DNA of 64,000 nt from an uncultured Gemmatimonadaceae bacterium (GTDB lineage Bacteria; Gemmatimonadota; Gemmatimonadetes; Gemmatimonadales; GWC2-71-9), in NCBI GenBank assembly GCA_964596925.1, contig CAZQWQ010000024.1:135991-199990 (forward strand), written 5' to 3'. The notes below the pieces were generated by a model. It had not been told where the DNA came from, did not search any database, and saw only the letters and a program-made list of their open reading frames with translations. A program made the position numbers and the translations under genes. Shown here in pieces: positions 44,215-52,455 of the stretch; the stretch's first letter is position 1, and each line of letters starts with the position of its first letter.

Positions 44215-46964
44215 CCGCCGAGCAGCTCACGGCACGTCGGGCCGAGATCGCCGGCTCGGCTGATCTCCAGGGCCTCGCCCGACACGTCGCCACGCGCAAC
44301 GCGCGGATCATCGAGCGCCTGCCCCCGATTCCGGAGGTCAAGGCGTTGCTCTCCGTGGATGGCGGCCGCTGCCCCGAGGACGGAACAGCGCTCGTCTTCG
44401 ACCCGTGGAGCCCGGACGAACACGCCTGCCCGTCGTGCAACCGGCGCTATCGCGGCGAGCGGCATACGCGCGCTTGGGCCAAGTATCAACACCTCTGGCT
44501 CGCCGAGCGGGCCGTCGAGCTCGCGGCCCTCGCCGCGCTCACGGACGAATCCCCTGCCGCCGCGGCGCGCTCAGCGGAGATCCTGCGTGCCTACGGCGAC
44601 CGGTACTTTCGCTACCCAAACCGTGACAACGTGCTGGGGCCCTCTCGGCTGTTTTTCTCGACCTACCTCGAGTCCATTTGGATTCTGAACTACCTCGGCG
44701 CCGCGGCGTTGCTGCGCGAAGCGGGGCACCTGGACGAGCCGACGACGCGTGCGGTGCACAGCGTCGCCGACGAAGTGGCAAACCTCATCGGCGAGTACGA
44801 CGAGGGGTTTTCCAATCGCCAGACCTGGAATGATGCGGCGCTGTGCGCCATCGCGGTGTGGTTCGAGGATGAAGACCTCGCGCGCCGCGCGGTCGAGAGC
44901 GAGACGGGACTGGTCGCCCACCTGCGCGGCTATCGCGAAGACGGGCTGTGGTACGAGGGGGAGAACTACCATCTGTTCGCCCTGCGCGGGATGCTCACCG
45001 GTGCCGCGTGGGCGGCGCAGGCCGGGGCGGACTTTTTTGGGGAGGGGCCGCTGGCCACGCGTCTCGCCACGGCGCTGCGCGCCCCGGCGCTCACCGCGCT
45101 TCCCGATTTCACATTCCCGGCGCGGAAGGACGCCCGCTTTGGGGTGTCGCTGGCGCAGCCAATGTACCTCGAGCTGTGGGAGGTAGGCCTCGGACGGTTG
45201 GGAAGCGGCGAGTGGGGGCCGGTTCGCTCGGAGGAGCTCACGGCCTGGCTGCACGCAGCGTACGCCGCGCCGCCCCAGCGGATGGAGTTGTTCGAATCCT
45301 ATCTCCACGATGCGCCGCTCGATCCGCAGTTAGCCCCGCGCTCCCGACAACAGCTGTCGTGGTGGGCGCTCCTGGAGATGCCTCCACAGCTGCCAACGCC
45401 CGAGGTGGCGTGGGCACCGCCGAGCGTGTTCATGGCGGGACAGGGGCTCGCGATGCTGCGCACCGGCGGGCGCTACGTTGGCCTCGAGTGCGGCGCGGTG
45501 GGTGGAGGGCACGGGCATCCTGACCGGCTGAACCTGTTGCTGCACGTGGGCGGGGTCTACTGGCTCCCGGATTTCGGCACCGGTTCGTATGTCACCCGCG
45601 ACCTCTTTTGGTATCGCTCGACGCTCGCCCACAACGCACCTCGCATCGACGGTGTGTCGCAGCCGGCCGGGGAGGCGCGCGGCGAAGGGTTCGACGAGCA
45701 GCGGGGATGGGGCTGGGCGCGCGGCCGGTTCGGGGAGCTGACCCGGACAGTCGTGGTCGGGGGGGACTACTTGCTTGATGTCCTCGAGCTCACGGGGCGT
45801 GAGGATCGTACCGTGGAGCTGCCGTGGCACTTCGCGGGGCGAGGAGACGTGACGGGCGGCCGCTGGGAAGACATAGAGCTCGCCGACGAATTTGTATCCC
45901 ATGTGCTGCGACTCAAGTCTCCAGAATCGGGTCCCATTGTCCTCGAGCTGACGGCAGACGGCCGACGGTTGACGGCGCACTTTGTCTTCTCAGGCGAGCT
46001 GCTCCGTGCCGACGCCCCCGGCGCGCCCAACCGTCGCGAGCGCGAGCGGTTCTACGTGCTTCGCGCGACCGGCCGGAACCTGCGTTTCGTCACGGCTCTC
46101 GAATTCGGTTCGCGGGGCGAGGCGGTGCGAGCGGTGCGCGTGCGAGGAGAGTTGATCGAGGTCGACACCCCGCACGGCACCGACCGGCACCGGTTCGCCG
46201 GCCGGGAGTGGGAGATCGACGGACCCGGTGGTCGCGTCGCCCTCGCGGGCATGACCGCCGCCGCGCCACCCTTCGACCGGTTGCTCAATCTCGAGCCTCC
46301 CACCCAGCCACTGGCGGCTGCGCTGCGGGTCGACGCGCCACCGTCCCTCGACGGCACGCTCGCGGGATTCGACCCGTCCGAGCCGCTGCGGCTGGACCTG
46401 GAGGACCAGTACCGCCGCGCGGAAGAACCCTACACGGGCCCGGAGGATTTTTCGGCCCGGTGTTACGCCAACTGGGATGACTCGGCCCTCTATCTGGCGG
46501 TGGAAGTGGTCAAGCAGGACACGTGCTTCCGTGCCGCCACCGCTCCACCGCTGCTCCTGGACAATGAGCCGGACGATATCCACTCGGACGGGTTGCAGGT
46601 GTATCTCAGCGCGCTGGATGGCACAGCCGAACCGGTCACCGGGTACATGATCGTTCCTGAGAACGGTGGGAGCGGTTGCCGGGTTCGCACTGCTGGCGGA
46701 GCGGTCGGGAACGCCGGGGCGGTTCGTGGCGCGTGGCGCCGCACCGCGGAGGGGTATGCCGTCACGCTCGCCATTCCATGGCCTGAAGGGCTGGTGACGC
46801 CCGTGGGCGGCCATGTGGGCTTTGACCTGATCGTGAACGAGATGCTCCCGGGACGGGAGCGGCGGGTCGGTCAGCTCGTCTGGAGCGGAGGGAACGGATG
46901 GGTGTGGTTGCGAGGGGATCGGCACGATCAGGAGCGATTCGGCGTGCTGGAGCTCGTGGGATGA
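44208..46964 (+). CDS. Heparinase II/III-like protein with N-terminal Cys/His knuckle and C-terminal CBM9/DOMON-like domain
   Basis: GTG at 44208 after GGAAGGAG; the first 192 codons of the listed 1110-aa ORF run through the kinase gene out of frame. Motifs CPEDGTALVFDPWSPDEHACPSC, GHGHPDRLNLLLH and STLAHNAPRIDG. The C-terminal block CYANWDDSALYLAVEV...HSDGLQVYL...GFDLIVNE resembles CBM9. No signal peptide. Confidence 0.7.
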   Translation: MVTAEQLTARRAEIAGSADLQGLARHVATRNARIIERLPPIPEVKALLSVDGGRCPEDGTALVFDPWSPDEHACPSCNRRYRGERHTRAWAKYQHLWLAERAVELAALAALTDESPAAAARSAEILRAYGDRYFRYPNRDNVLGPSRLFFSTYLESIWILNYLGAAALLREAGHLDEPTTRAVHSVADEVANLIGEYDEGFSNRQTWNDAALCAIAVWFEDEDLARRAVESETGLVAHLRGYREDGLWYEGENYHLFALRGMLTGAAWAAQAGADFFGEGPLATRLATALRAPALTALPDFTFPARKDARFGVSLAQPMYLELWEVGLGRLGSGEWGPVRSEELTAWLHAAYAAPPQRMELFESYLHDAPLDPQLAPRSRQQLSWWALLEMPPQLPTPEVAWAPPSVFMAGQGLAMLRTGGRYVGLECGAVGGGHGHPDRLNLLLHVGGVYWLPDFGTGSYVTRDLFWYRSTLAHNAPRIDGVSQPAGEARGEGFDEQRGWGWARGRFGELTRTVVVGGDYLLDVLELTGREDRTVELPWHFAGRGDVTGGRWEDIELADEFVSHVLRLKSPESGPIVLELTADGRRLTAHFVFSGELLRADAPGAPNRRERERFYVLRATGRNLRFVTALEFGSRGEAVRAVRVRGELIEVDTPHGTDRHRFAGREWEIDGPGGRVALAGMTAAAPPFDRLLNLEPPTQPLAAALRVDAPPSLDGTLAGFDPSEPLRLDLEDQYRRAEEPYTGPEDFSARCYANWDDSALYLAVEVVKQDTCFRAATAPPLLLDNEPDDIHSDGLQVYLSALDGTAEPVTGYMIVPENGGSGCRVRTAGGAVGNAGAVRGAWRRTAEGYAVTLAIPWPEGLVTPVGGHVGFDLIVNEMLPGRERRVGQLVWSGGNGWVWLRGDRHDQERFGVLELVG

Positions 46965-47722
46965 CGACGATGGGTGTCCTCGTCGTCCTTCACGAGCCGC
47001 AGGACCTCGTCAATATCGCGCACGTCGTGCGCGCCATGAAGAACTTCGGGTTCAAGGACCTGCGGCTCGTGAATCCGCGTGAGTACGAGCCGCACCGCGT
47101 GGAGGGGATTGCGCACCAGACGCACGACGTACTGACGCGGGTGCGGCAGTTCAACACTCTCGACGCGGCGCTGGCCGACTGCGTGCACGTCGTCGGATTC
47201 ACGGCACGCGGGCGGACGGCCAAGCGGAACCTGCAACGGCCGCGGGAAGCGGCGGGGGAGATCCATGCGGCTGCGGCGGCGGGTTGGGTGGCGCTGCTGT
47301 TCGGTCGCGAAGACAAAGGGCTCAGTAACGAGGCATTGGACCGTTGCCATCGTATCGTCACCATCCCCTCAACGCCGTCGTATGCGTCGCTCAACCTCGG
47401 TCACGCGGTGGTGCTGATGCTGTACGAGCTGGCCGTGGCGCGTGGCGACGAGACCCGGCCGTTCAAGCCACCCCGCCGAGTTGTGGAGGCGGCGACCGTG
47501 GAGGAGATCGAGCGTTTGTTCGCCGACACCGAGCGAGCGCTCGAGTCGATCGAGTTCTTCAAGTTCCGTGACCGCGAGCACATCATGCGCACCGTGCGGG
47601 AAATCACGCACCGGGTGCCGCTCGACCAGCGCGAAGCGAAGCTGCTCCGCGCGATGGCGATCGAGGTGGTGAAATACCGTGAGCGACTGGCGCGTTCCGG
47701 GATTCACCTCGACCGGCAGTAA
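46961..47722 (+). CDS. SPOUT-class RNA 2'-O-methyltransferase (TrmJ/TrmH-like)
   Basis: The ATG at 46961 overlaps the upstream stop (ATGA). Motifs LLFGREDKGLSNEAL and SLNLGHAVVLMLYEL. Confidence 0.8.
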   Translation: MTTMGVLVVLHEPQDLVNIAHVVRAMKNFGFKDLRLVNPREYEPHRVEGIAHQTHDVLTRVRQFNTLDAALADCVHVVGFTARGRTAKRNLQRPREAAGEIHAAAAAGWVALLFGREDKGLSNEALDRCHRIVTIPSTPSYASLNLGHAVVLMLYELAVARGDETRPFKPPRRVVEAATVEEIERLFADTERALESIEFFKFRDREHIMRTVREITHRVPLDQREAKLLRAMAIEVVKYRERLARSGIHLDRQ

Positions 47723-48845
47723 GCGCCCCGAGGCGCTGTTCGGTGTGGCCGGCGATCCCGGCCTGCCCGCGCAATTGGTGCGTGCCGCGGGCGCCCGCGT
47801 GTGGGATACCGCGAACCGCGAGTACCTCGACTTTGTGATGGCGCTGGGGGCCGTGGCCCTGGGCTACGGACACCCGGCGATACACCAGGCGGCCGCCGAC
47901 GCGCTCGCCGCCGGCGTGGTGGGCCCGTTGCCACCGGTCGCGGAGGAGCAGCTCGCCGAAGCACTCGCGCGCCGGCTGCCCTGGATCGAACGGGTGCGGT
48001 TCCTGAAGACCGGCGCCGAGGCGGTCGCCGCCGCGGTGCGCATCGCGCGTGTCCGGACCGAGCGCGAAGAGGTCTTGGGGTGCGGCTACCACGGCTGGCT
48101 CGATTGGTGTCAGGGCCGGACCGTGGGGGTGCCGCAGGGGACACGGGCCGTGTTCGCGGAGCTGCCGTTCAACGACGCCGAGCGAGCACGAGAGATGATC
48201 CGGTACCGCGCCGACCACCTGGCGGCGGTGGTGGTGGAACCGGTCGTGGTCGCGGAGCCGACGCGCGAATGGCTCGAGACGCTGCGGGTGGAAACGGAGC
48301 GGCTCGGGGCGGTACTGGTGTTCGACGAAATCAAGACGGCGTTCCGGCTGGCGGTCGGCGGCGCCGTGGAGCGTTACGGTGTGCGGCCCGATCTCGTGGT
48401 GATCGGCAAGGCGTTCGCCAGCGGCTTTCCCCTGGCGGCGGTGGGCGGCAGGGCGGACGTGATGGCGGCAGCGAGTCGCACCTGGATTTCCTCCACGCTG
48501 GCCACCGAGTCGGTCTCCCTCGCGGCCGCGCTCGCGACGCTCGTGGTGTTCGACCAGGAGGACGTCTGCACGCACCTGCATCGGGTCGGCACCCGGCTGT
48601 TGCACGGCCTGCATCGACTGCAGCGTGAGTTCCCACACCGTCTCACCGGCGTGGGCGGCGTGGCCGAGATGTGCTTCCTCCATTTCACCAACGACGAGAT
48701 CTCCAGTGCCGTGGCGACCGGGTGCGCGAGGCGGGGCCTGCTGTTCAAGCGGACGGCCTACAACTTCGTATCGCTCGCGCACGGCGAGCCCGAAGTCGAC
48801 ACGGCCCTGGGAGTGCTGGAAGAGGTCCTGAGGGGGATTGAATAG
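47679..48845 (+). CDS. Class-III aminotransferase / glutamate-1-semialdehyde aminomutase-like
   Basis: PGFTSTGSKRPE N-terminus, VFDEIKTAFR, and the PLP-lysine region VVIGKAFASGFPLAAVGG. The GTG start at 47679 lies 44 nt inside the methyltransferase gene. Confidence 0.8.
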   Translation: MSDWRVPGFTSTGSKRPEALFGVAGDPGLPAQLVRAAGARVWDTANREYLDFVMALGAVALGYGHPAIHQAAADALAAGVVGPLPPVAEEQLAEALARRLPWIERVRFLKTGAEAVAAAVRIARVRTEREEVLGCGYHGWLDWCQGRTVGVPQGTRAVFAELPFNDAERAREMIRYRADHLAAVVVEPVVVAEPTREWLETLRVETERLGAVLVFDEIKTAFRLAVGGAVERYGVRPDLVVIGKAFASGFPLAAVGGRADVMAAASRTWISSTLATESVSLAAALATLVVFDQEDVCTHLHRVGTRLLHGLHRLQREFPHRLTGVGGVAEMCFLHFTNDEISSAVATGCARRGLLFKRTAYNFVSLAHGEPEVDTALGVLEEVLRGIE

Positions 48846-48850
48846 ATTTC

Positions 48851-49654
48851 ATGATGCTCATCGACGTGCACGCCCATTTCTTTCCCGAGCAGAGCCTGCG
48901 AGCCGACTGGCGCGCCTACAACGCCAGCCGTCTGAAGGCCGGGGAAAAAATCGGCGTCACGGTGCACGTGACCTCCACCCTCGGCACGTTCGGTCGGGCC
49001 TCGCCGACCTATTTCCCGTCGCGGGCCGACATCGTGTACGGCAACGATTTCTCGCTTGCGCTCCAGCGCCAGCATCCAGATCGGATCCGCGGCTACGCGT
49101 GCGTGAACCCCAACTACACCGACCACGCCGTGGCCGAGGTCGCGCGCTGTCGCGCCGCCGGGATGATCGGGATCAAGCTCGCGGCGAGTCGACGGGCCAA
49201 CGACCCGCTCCTCGATCCGGTGTGCGAGGTGGCGCAGAAGCACGGGCTCCCGATCCTCCACCACATCTGGCAGGGACGGCGACGGGATTGGCCGGGGCAG
49301 GAAGCGTCGGATGGGGTCGAGCTGTGTCAGCTTGCGAGGCGCCACCCCGAGGTGAACTTCATCCTGGCCCACATCGGCGGTGGTGGCGACTGGCGCCACA
49401 CGCTGGCGGTCGTGCGTCCGTATCGCAACGTCTGCCTCGATCTCTCGGGGAGCGGCGTGGATGGCGGCATGCTCGAAGCGTGCCGGGATGCCGTCGGCGT
49501 CCAGCGATTGTTGTGGGGCAGCGATATGACGATGGAAACCGGCTGGGCAAAGCTGCGGTATCTCGAGCACCTCCTGCCATCCGGCGACCTCGATTTCGTC
49601 GCGTGGAAGAACGCGGCGCGCATTTTCCCGCCTGGCAGCTTTCCGAGCGACTGA
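48851..49654 (+). CDS. Amidohydrolase_2 (ACMSD-type TIM-barrel metal hydrolase), intact ligand set
   Basis: LIDVHAHFF (HxH), ILAHIGGG and LLWGSDM (Asp) are all present. Confidence 0.8.
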   Translation: MMLIDVHAHFFPEQSLRADWRAYNASRLKAGEKIGVTVHVTSTLGTFGRASPTYFPSRADIVYGNDFSLALQRQHPDRIRGYACVNPNYTDHAVAEVARCRAAGMIGIKLAASRRANDPLLDPVCEVAQKHGLPILHHIWQGRRRDWPGQEASDGVELCQLARRHPEVNFILAHIGGGGDWRHTLAVVRPYRNVCLDLSGSGVDGGMLEACRDAVGVQRLLWGSDMTMETGWAKLRYLEHLLPSGDLDFVAWKNAARIFPPGSFPSD

Positions 49655-50430
49655 TGCGCATCGACGTCAACGCGTTCCTGGGCGCCTATCCCTACGCCCG
49701 CATCCCCGGTACCTCGCCTGAGGCGTTGCTCGCTGCCATGAGCCGCGTGGCGATCGACGAGGCGTGGGTGACACACCTTCCGGGGCTGTTCTGGCGCGAT
49801 CCCACCGAGGGAAATCCCTGGCTGTACGAAACGTGCCGGGCGACTCCACGCCTGAAACCCGTGCCGGTGGTGCATCCGGGGCTCGCGCACTGGCAGGATG
49901 TCCTCAACGAGGCGGTGGAGCACCGCGCGGCGGCGGTGCGCTGCGATCCCGGCTGTTTTGGTCTCCAGCCCGCGGGTCCGGAGCTCCGCATCCTGGCCGC
50001 ATCATGCGGCGCTGTCGGGTTGCCGCTCATGATGGCGGTGCGCCTCGAGGACGGCCGGCAGCGTCACCCCAATGACGTGACGCCAGAGCTTCAGCCTGCG
50101 GCGGTGCGCGCGCTGATCCGCAGTGATGCAGACCTGCGTCTCGTCGTCACGCACGCCGACCGGGCGTTTGTCGAGGAGGTCCACTTCGGTTCGACCCCCG
50201 CCGAAGCCGGGCGCATCTGGTGGGATATCTGCTGGATCTGGGGGCCACCGGAGGATCACCTCGCTACCCTGCTCGAGACCGTCGGGGTGGAGCGATTCGT
50301 CTTCGGGACGGGGCAGCCGCTGCGCATCCCCGAGACGAGCGTGGCGAAACTCGACTTGCTGGATCTCTCGCCCGAGCAACGGGCACGAGTCGAATCGGGC
50401 AACGTTCTCGATACGCTCCGGAATCGATGA
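49654..50430 (+). CDS. Amidohydrolase_2-like paralogue with degenerate metal ligands
   Basis: The ATG at 49654 shares one base with the upstream TGA. The layout matches the previous gene, but HxH is replaced by RIDVNAFLG and the strand-8 Asp by FVFGTGQPL. The first 272 codons of the listed 530-aa ORF are an out-of-frame shadow. Confidence 0.65.
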   Translation: MRIDVNAFLGAYPYARIPGTSPEALLAAMSRVAIDEAWVTHLPGLFWRDPTEGNPWLYETCRATPRLKPVPVVHPGLAHWQDVLNEAVEHRAAAVRCDPGCFGLQPAGPELRILAASCGAVGLPLMMAVRLEDGRQRHPNDVTPELQPAAVRALIRSDADLRLVVTHADRAFVEEVHFGSTPAEAGRIWWDICWIWGPPEDHLATLLETVGVERFVFGTGQPLRIPETSVAKLDLLDLSPEQRARVESGNVLDTLRNR

Positions 50431-51314
50431 ACGTTGGGGACCTGATCACTCGCCTTGGCGGGGGTCTCATCCCGGCCGTTCCTGTGCCGTTCCGCGGTAC
50501 CACCCTCGCAGCGGATGCACAGCAGGCCTGCGCCACGTGGATGGCGACCCAGGCCGTCGCCGGTGTCGCCGTGTGGGCGCATACGGGAAGGGGACCGAAG
50601 TTGAACGCCGAGCAACGGCGCCTGGTGCTCGACAGCTGGCGCGCGGCGCTGCCCGACCGCGTGGTGGTCGCCGGCGCGAGCTCGCTCGAGATGGCGCGCG
50701 CGGCGCGCGCCGGCGGCGCTGACGCATTGCTCGCGTTCCCTCGCGCCGACGATCCCGTTGGCTGGCACGCTGCCCTGGGGGCGGAGTTGCCGGTCATCGC
50801 CTTCTATCTCTATGAGGCTGCAGGCGGTGTCGCGTACGATGACCAGACGATCCAGGCACTCCTCGCCCTCCCAGCGGTCATCGGGATCAAGGTGGCCACC
50901 CTCGACTCGGTCGTCACGTTTCAACGGATCGCCGGGTTGATGCACGCCCACCCGGAGAAGCTTTTCATCACCGGCGAAGATCGGTTCCTCGGCTATTCGC
51001 TCGTGCTTGGAGCGCAGAGCGCGCTGATCGGCATGGGCGCCGCACTCACAGACTTGCAGATCGCGCTGCTGCAGGCCCATGCGAGCGGCGATACCGCCCA
51101 CTTCTTGCAGTTGACCCGCACCATGGACTGCTTTGCGCAGGCGACGTTCGTCCCTCCCATGGAGGGCTACGTGCGGCGCATGTTGTGGGCGATGGCGGCC
51201 GAGGGAGCCATCCCGGCTGACGCGTGCGACGATCCGTGGGGGCCGCCCCTGCTTGAGGGAGAGCGCGAGGCTGTCTGCCGAGCCGTGCATGAAGCGCGCG
51301 CAGCTGGCCGCTGA
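50427..51314 (+). CDS. DapA/DHDPS-family class-I aldolase-like protein
   Basis: The ATG at 50427 overlaps the upstream stop (ATGA). TIM-barrel pattern with a candidate Schiff-base lysine in VIGIKVATLD. Confidence 0.7.
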   Translation: MNVGDLITRLGGGLIPAVPVPFRGTTLAADAQQACATWMATQAVAGVAVWAHTGRGPKLNAEQRRLVLDSWRAALPDRVVVAGASSLEMARAARAGGADALLAFPRADDPVGWHAALGAELPVIAFYLYEAAGGVAYDDQTIQALLALPAVIGIKVATLDSVVTFQRIAGLMHAHPEKLFITGEDRFLGYSLVLGAQSALIGMGAALTDLQIALLQAHASGDTAHFLQLTRTMDCFAQATFVPPMEGYVRRMLWAMAAEGAIPADACDDPWGPPLLEGEREAVCRAVHEARAAGR

Positions 51315-52455
51315 TTTCGAGCGCTTCAAGGACGAATGGCCCCGCGACTTCGCGGGCCATGTGCGCGAGCAGTATCACATCGATCTCACCGCCCGCTATC
51401 TCGGGTGCACGATCCCGCACCCCATCGGGAAGGGCTCGGGTCAGCTCTCACTCAACGAAAAGCAGCTGGCGGAAGACGCGGCGGCGGGCCTGGCGTTCGT
51501 GGTGCTGAAAACCGTGATCGCGCAGGACGAGACCGGTGTCCAATCGATGGCGGCCTGGGCGATTCACGAGACACGAATGAAAGTCGAGCGGCGGGTCGTG
51601 ACGGGCATCGATCGTGGGTGGACGGTCACCTGGAAAGGCCGAGGGTGGGATCGCCCCTTCCACGAGTACCTCGCGCTCGTGCGCACCGGCCGGGACCTCG
51701 CGCGCGCGGGGGAGTTGCTCGTCGTGCCCTCAGTGAAGTACCACCTTCCGCGCCTCGGTGTGCCGTTTGTGGAATCGGAATACCGCCACACGACGTCCGG
51801 CCTGGCCGAGGCCTGGGGCGAGCCGCCGCTCCTTCTCGAAAAGGACTTCTCGCCTACCCTGGCAGGTGATTCACTCGCCGAGGATCGCATTCAAGTGCTG
51901 CGCTGGCTGCGCGAGGTGCCGCAGCTGATTCGGAACGCGGCGCCGATCGAGGCGCGCGTGGCGCTCAAACTGATGAATGCGCGCTTCGAGGAGGGTTTCC
52001 AGCACGAGATGATGCTGGCCGGCGCCTCGGCCGACGCATTGGTGGTGTTCAACCGGCTGTTCGACGTCGAGCGAGGCGTCGCCTATGGCGGGACGGATTT
52101 GAGCGACCGCAATCTCCGCGTGCTGAGCTCGTTCTCGCTGCTCGGCCGCGAGCACGCCCACTCCGCGCGCCCGAGCCTCTGCGGGACCGGGAACGTGTGC
52201 TCCGGGCGGATGCTGCTGGCCTACGCCCTGAGCGGGTGTGAAGCGGTCCAGCTACACACCTTCTTCCAGCTGCCGCTCGACGAGTACGCGGCCCGGGAAG
52301 GCTCGCGCACCGGGCGGGCGCTGCACCAGCTCGTGTTTCACCCCGTGGAAGGACTGATCGCCGCGCTGTGGGAGCTGGAACGGCGCGGGGCGATCCATCG
52401 GCGGGGCGGCGAACTGCACTTTCTCGATGTGCCGCGTGCGCGTCACAAAAGCTGA
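51289..52455 (+). CDS. Dihydroorotate/dihydropyrimidine dehydrogenase-like TIM-barrel protein
   Basis: ATG at 51289 (MKRAQLAADFERF). HPIGKGSGQLS and CGTGNVCSGRMLLAYALSGCEAVQLHT resemble the first and last barrel motifs of the DHOD family. The assignment is tentative. Confidence 0.55.
   Translation: MKRAQLAADFERFKDEWPRDFAGHVREQYHIDLTARYLGCTIPHPIGKGSGQLSLNEKQLAEDAAAGLAFVVLKTVIAQDETGVQSMAAWAIHETRMKVERRVVTGIDRGWTVTWKGRGWDRPFHEYLALVRTGRDLARAGELLVVPSVKYHLPRLGVPFVESEYRHTTSGLAEAWGEPPLLLEKDFSPTLAGDSLAEDRIQVLRWLREVPQLIRNAAPIEARVALKLMNARFEEGFQHEMMLAGASADALVVFNRLFDVERGVAYGGTDLSDRNLRVLSSFSLLGREHAHSARPSLCGTGNVCSGRMLLAYALSGCEAVQLHTFFQLPLDEYAAREGSRTGRALHQLVFHPVEGLIAALWELERRGAIHRRGGELHFLDVPRARHKS

Noticed and set aside
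48838-49653. Upstream 272 codons of the listed 530-aa ORF
   Set aside because: This is an alternative frame of the intact amidohydrolase gene (48851..49654), with Arg/Pro/Gly-rich junk. The real second gene starts at 49654.
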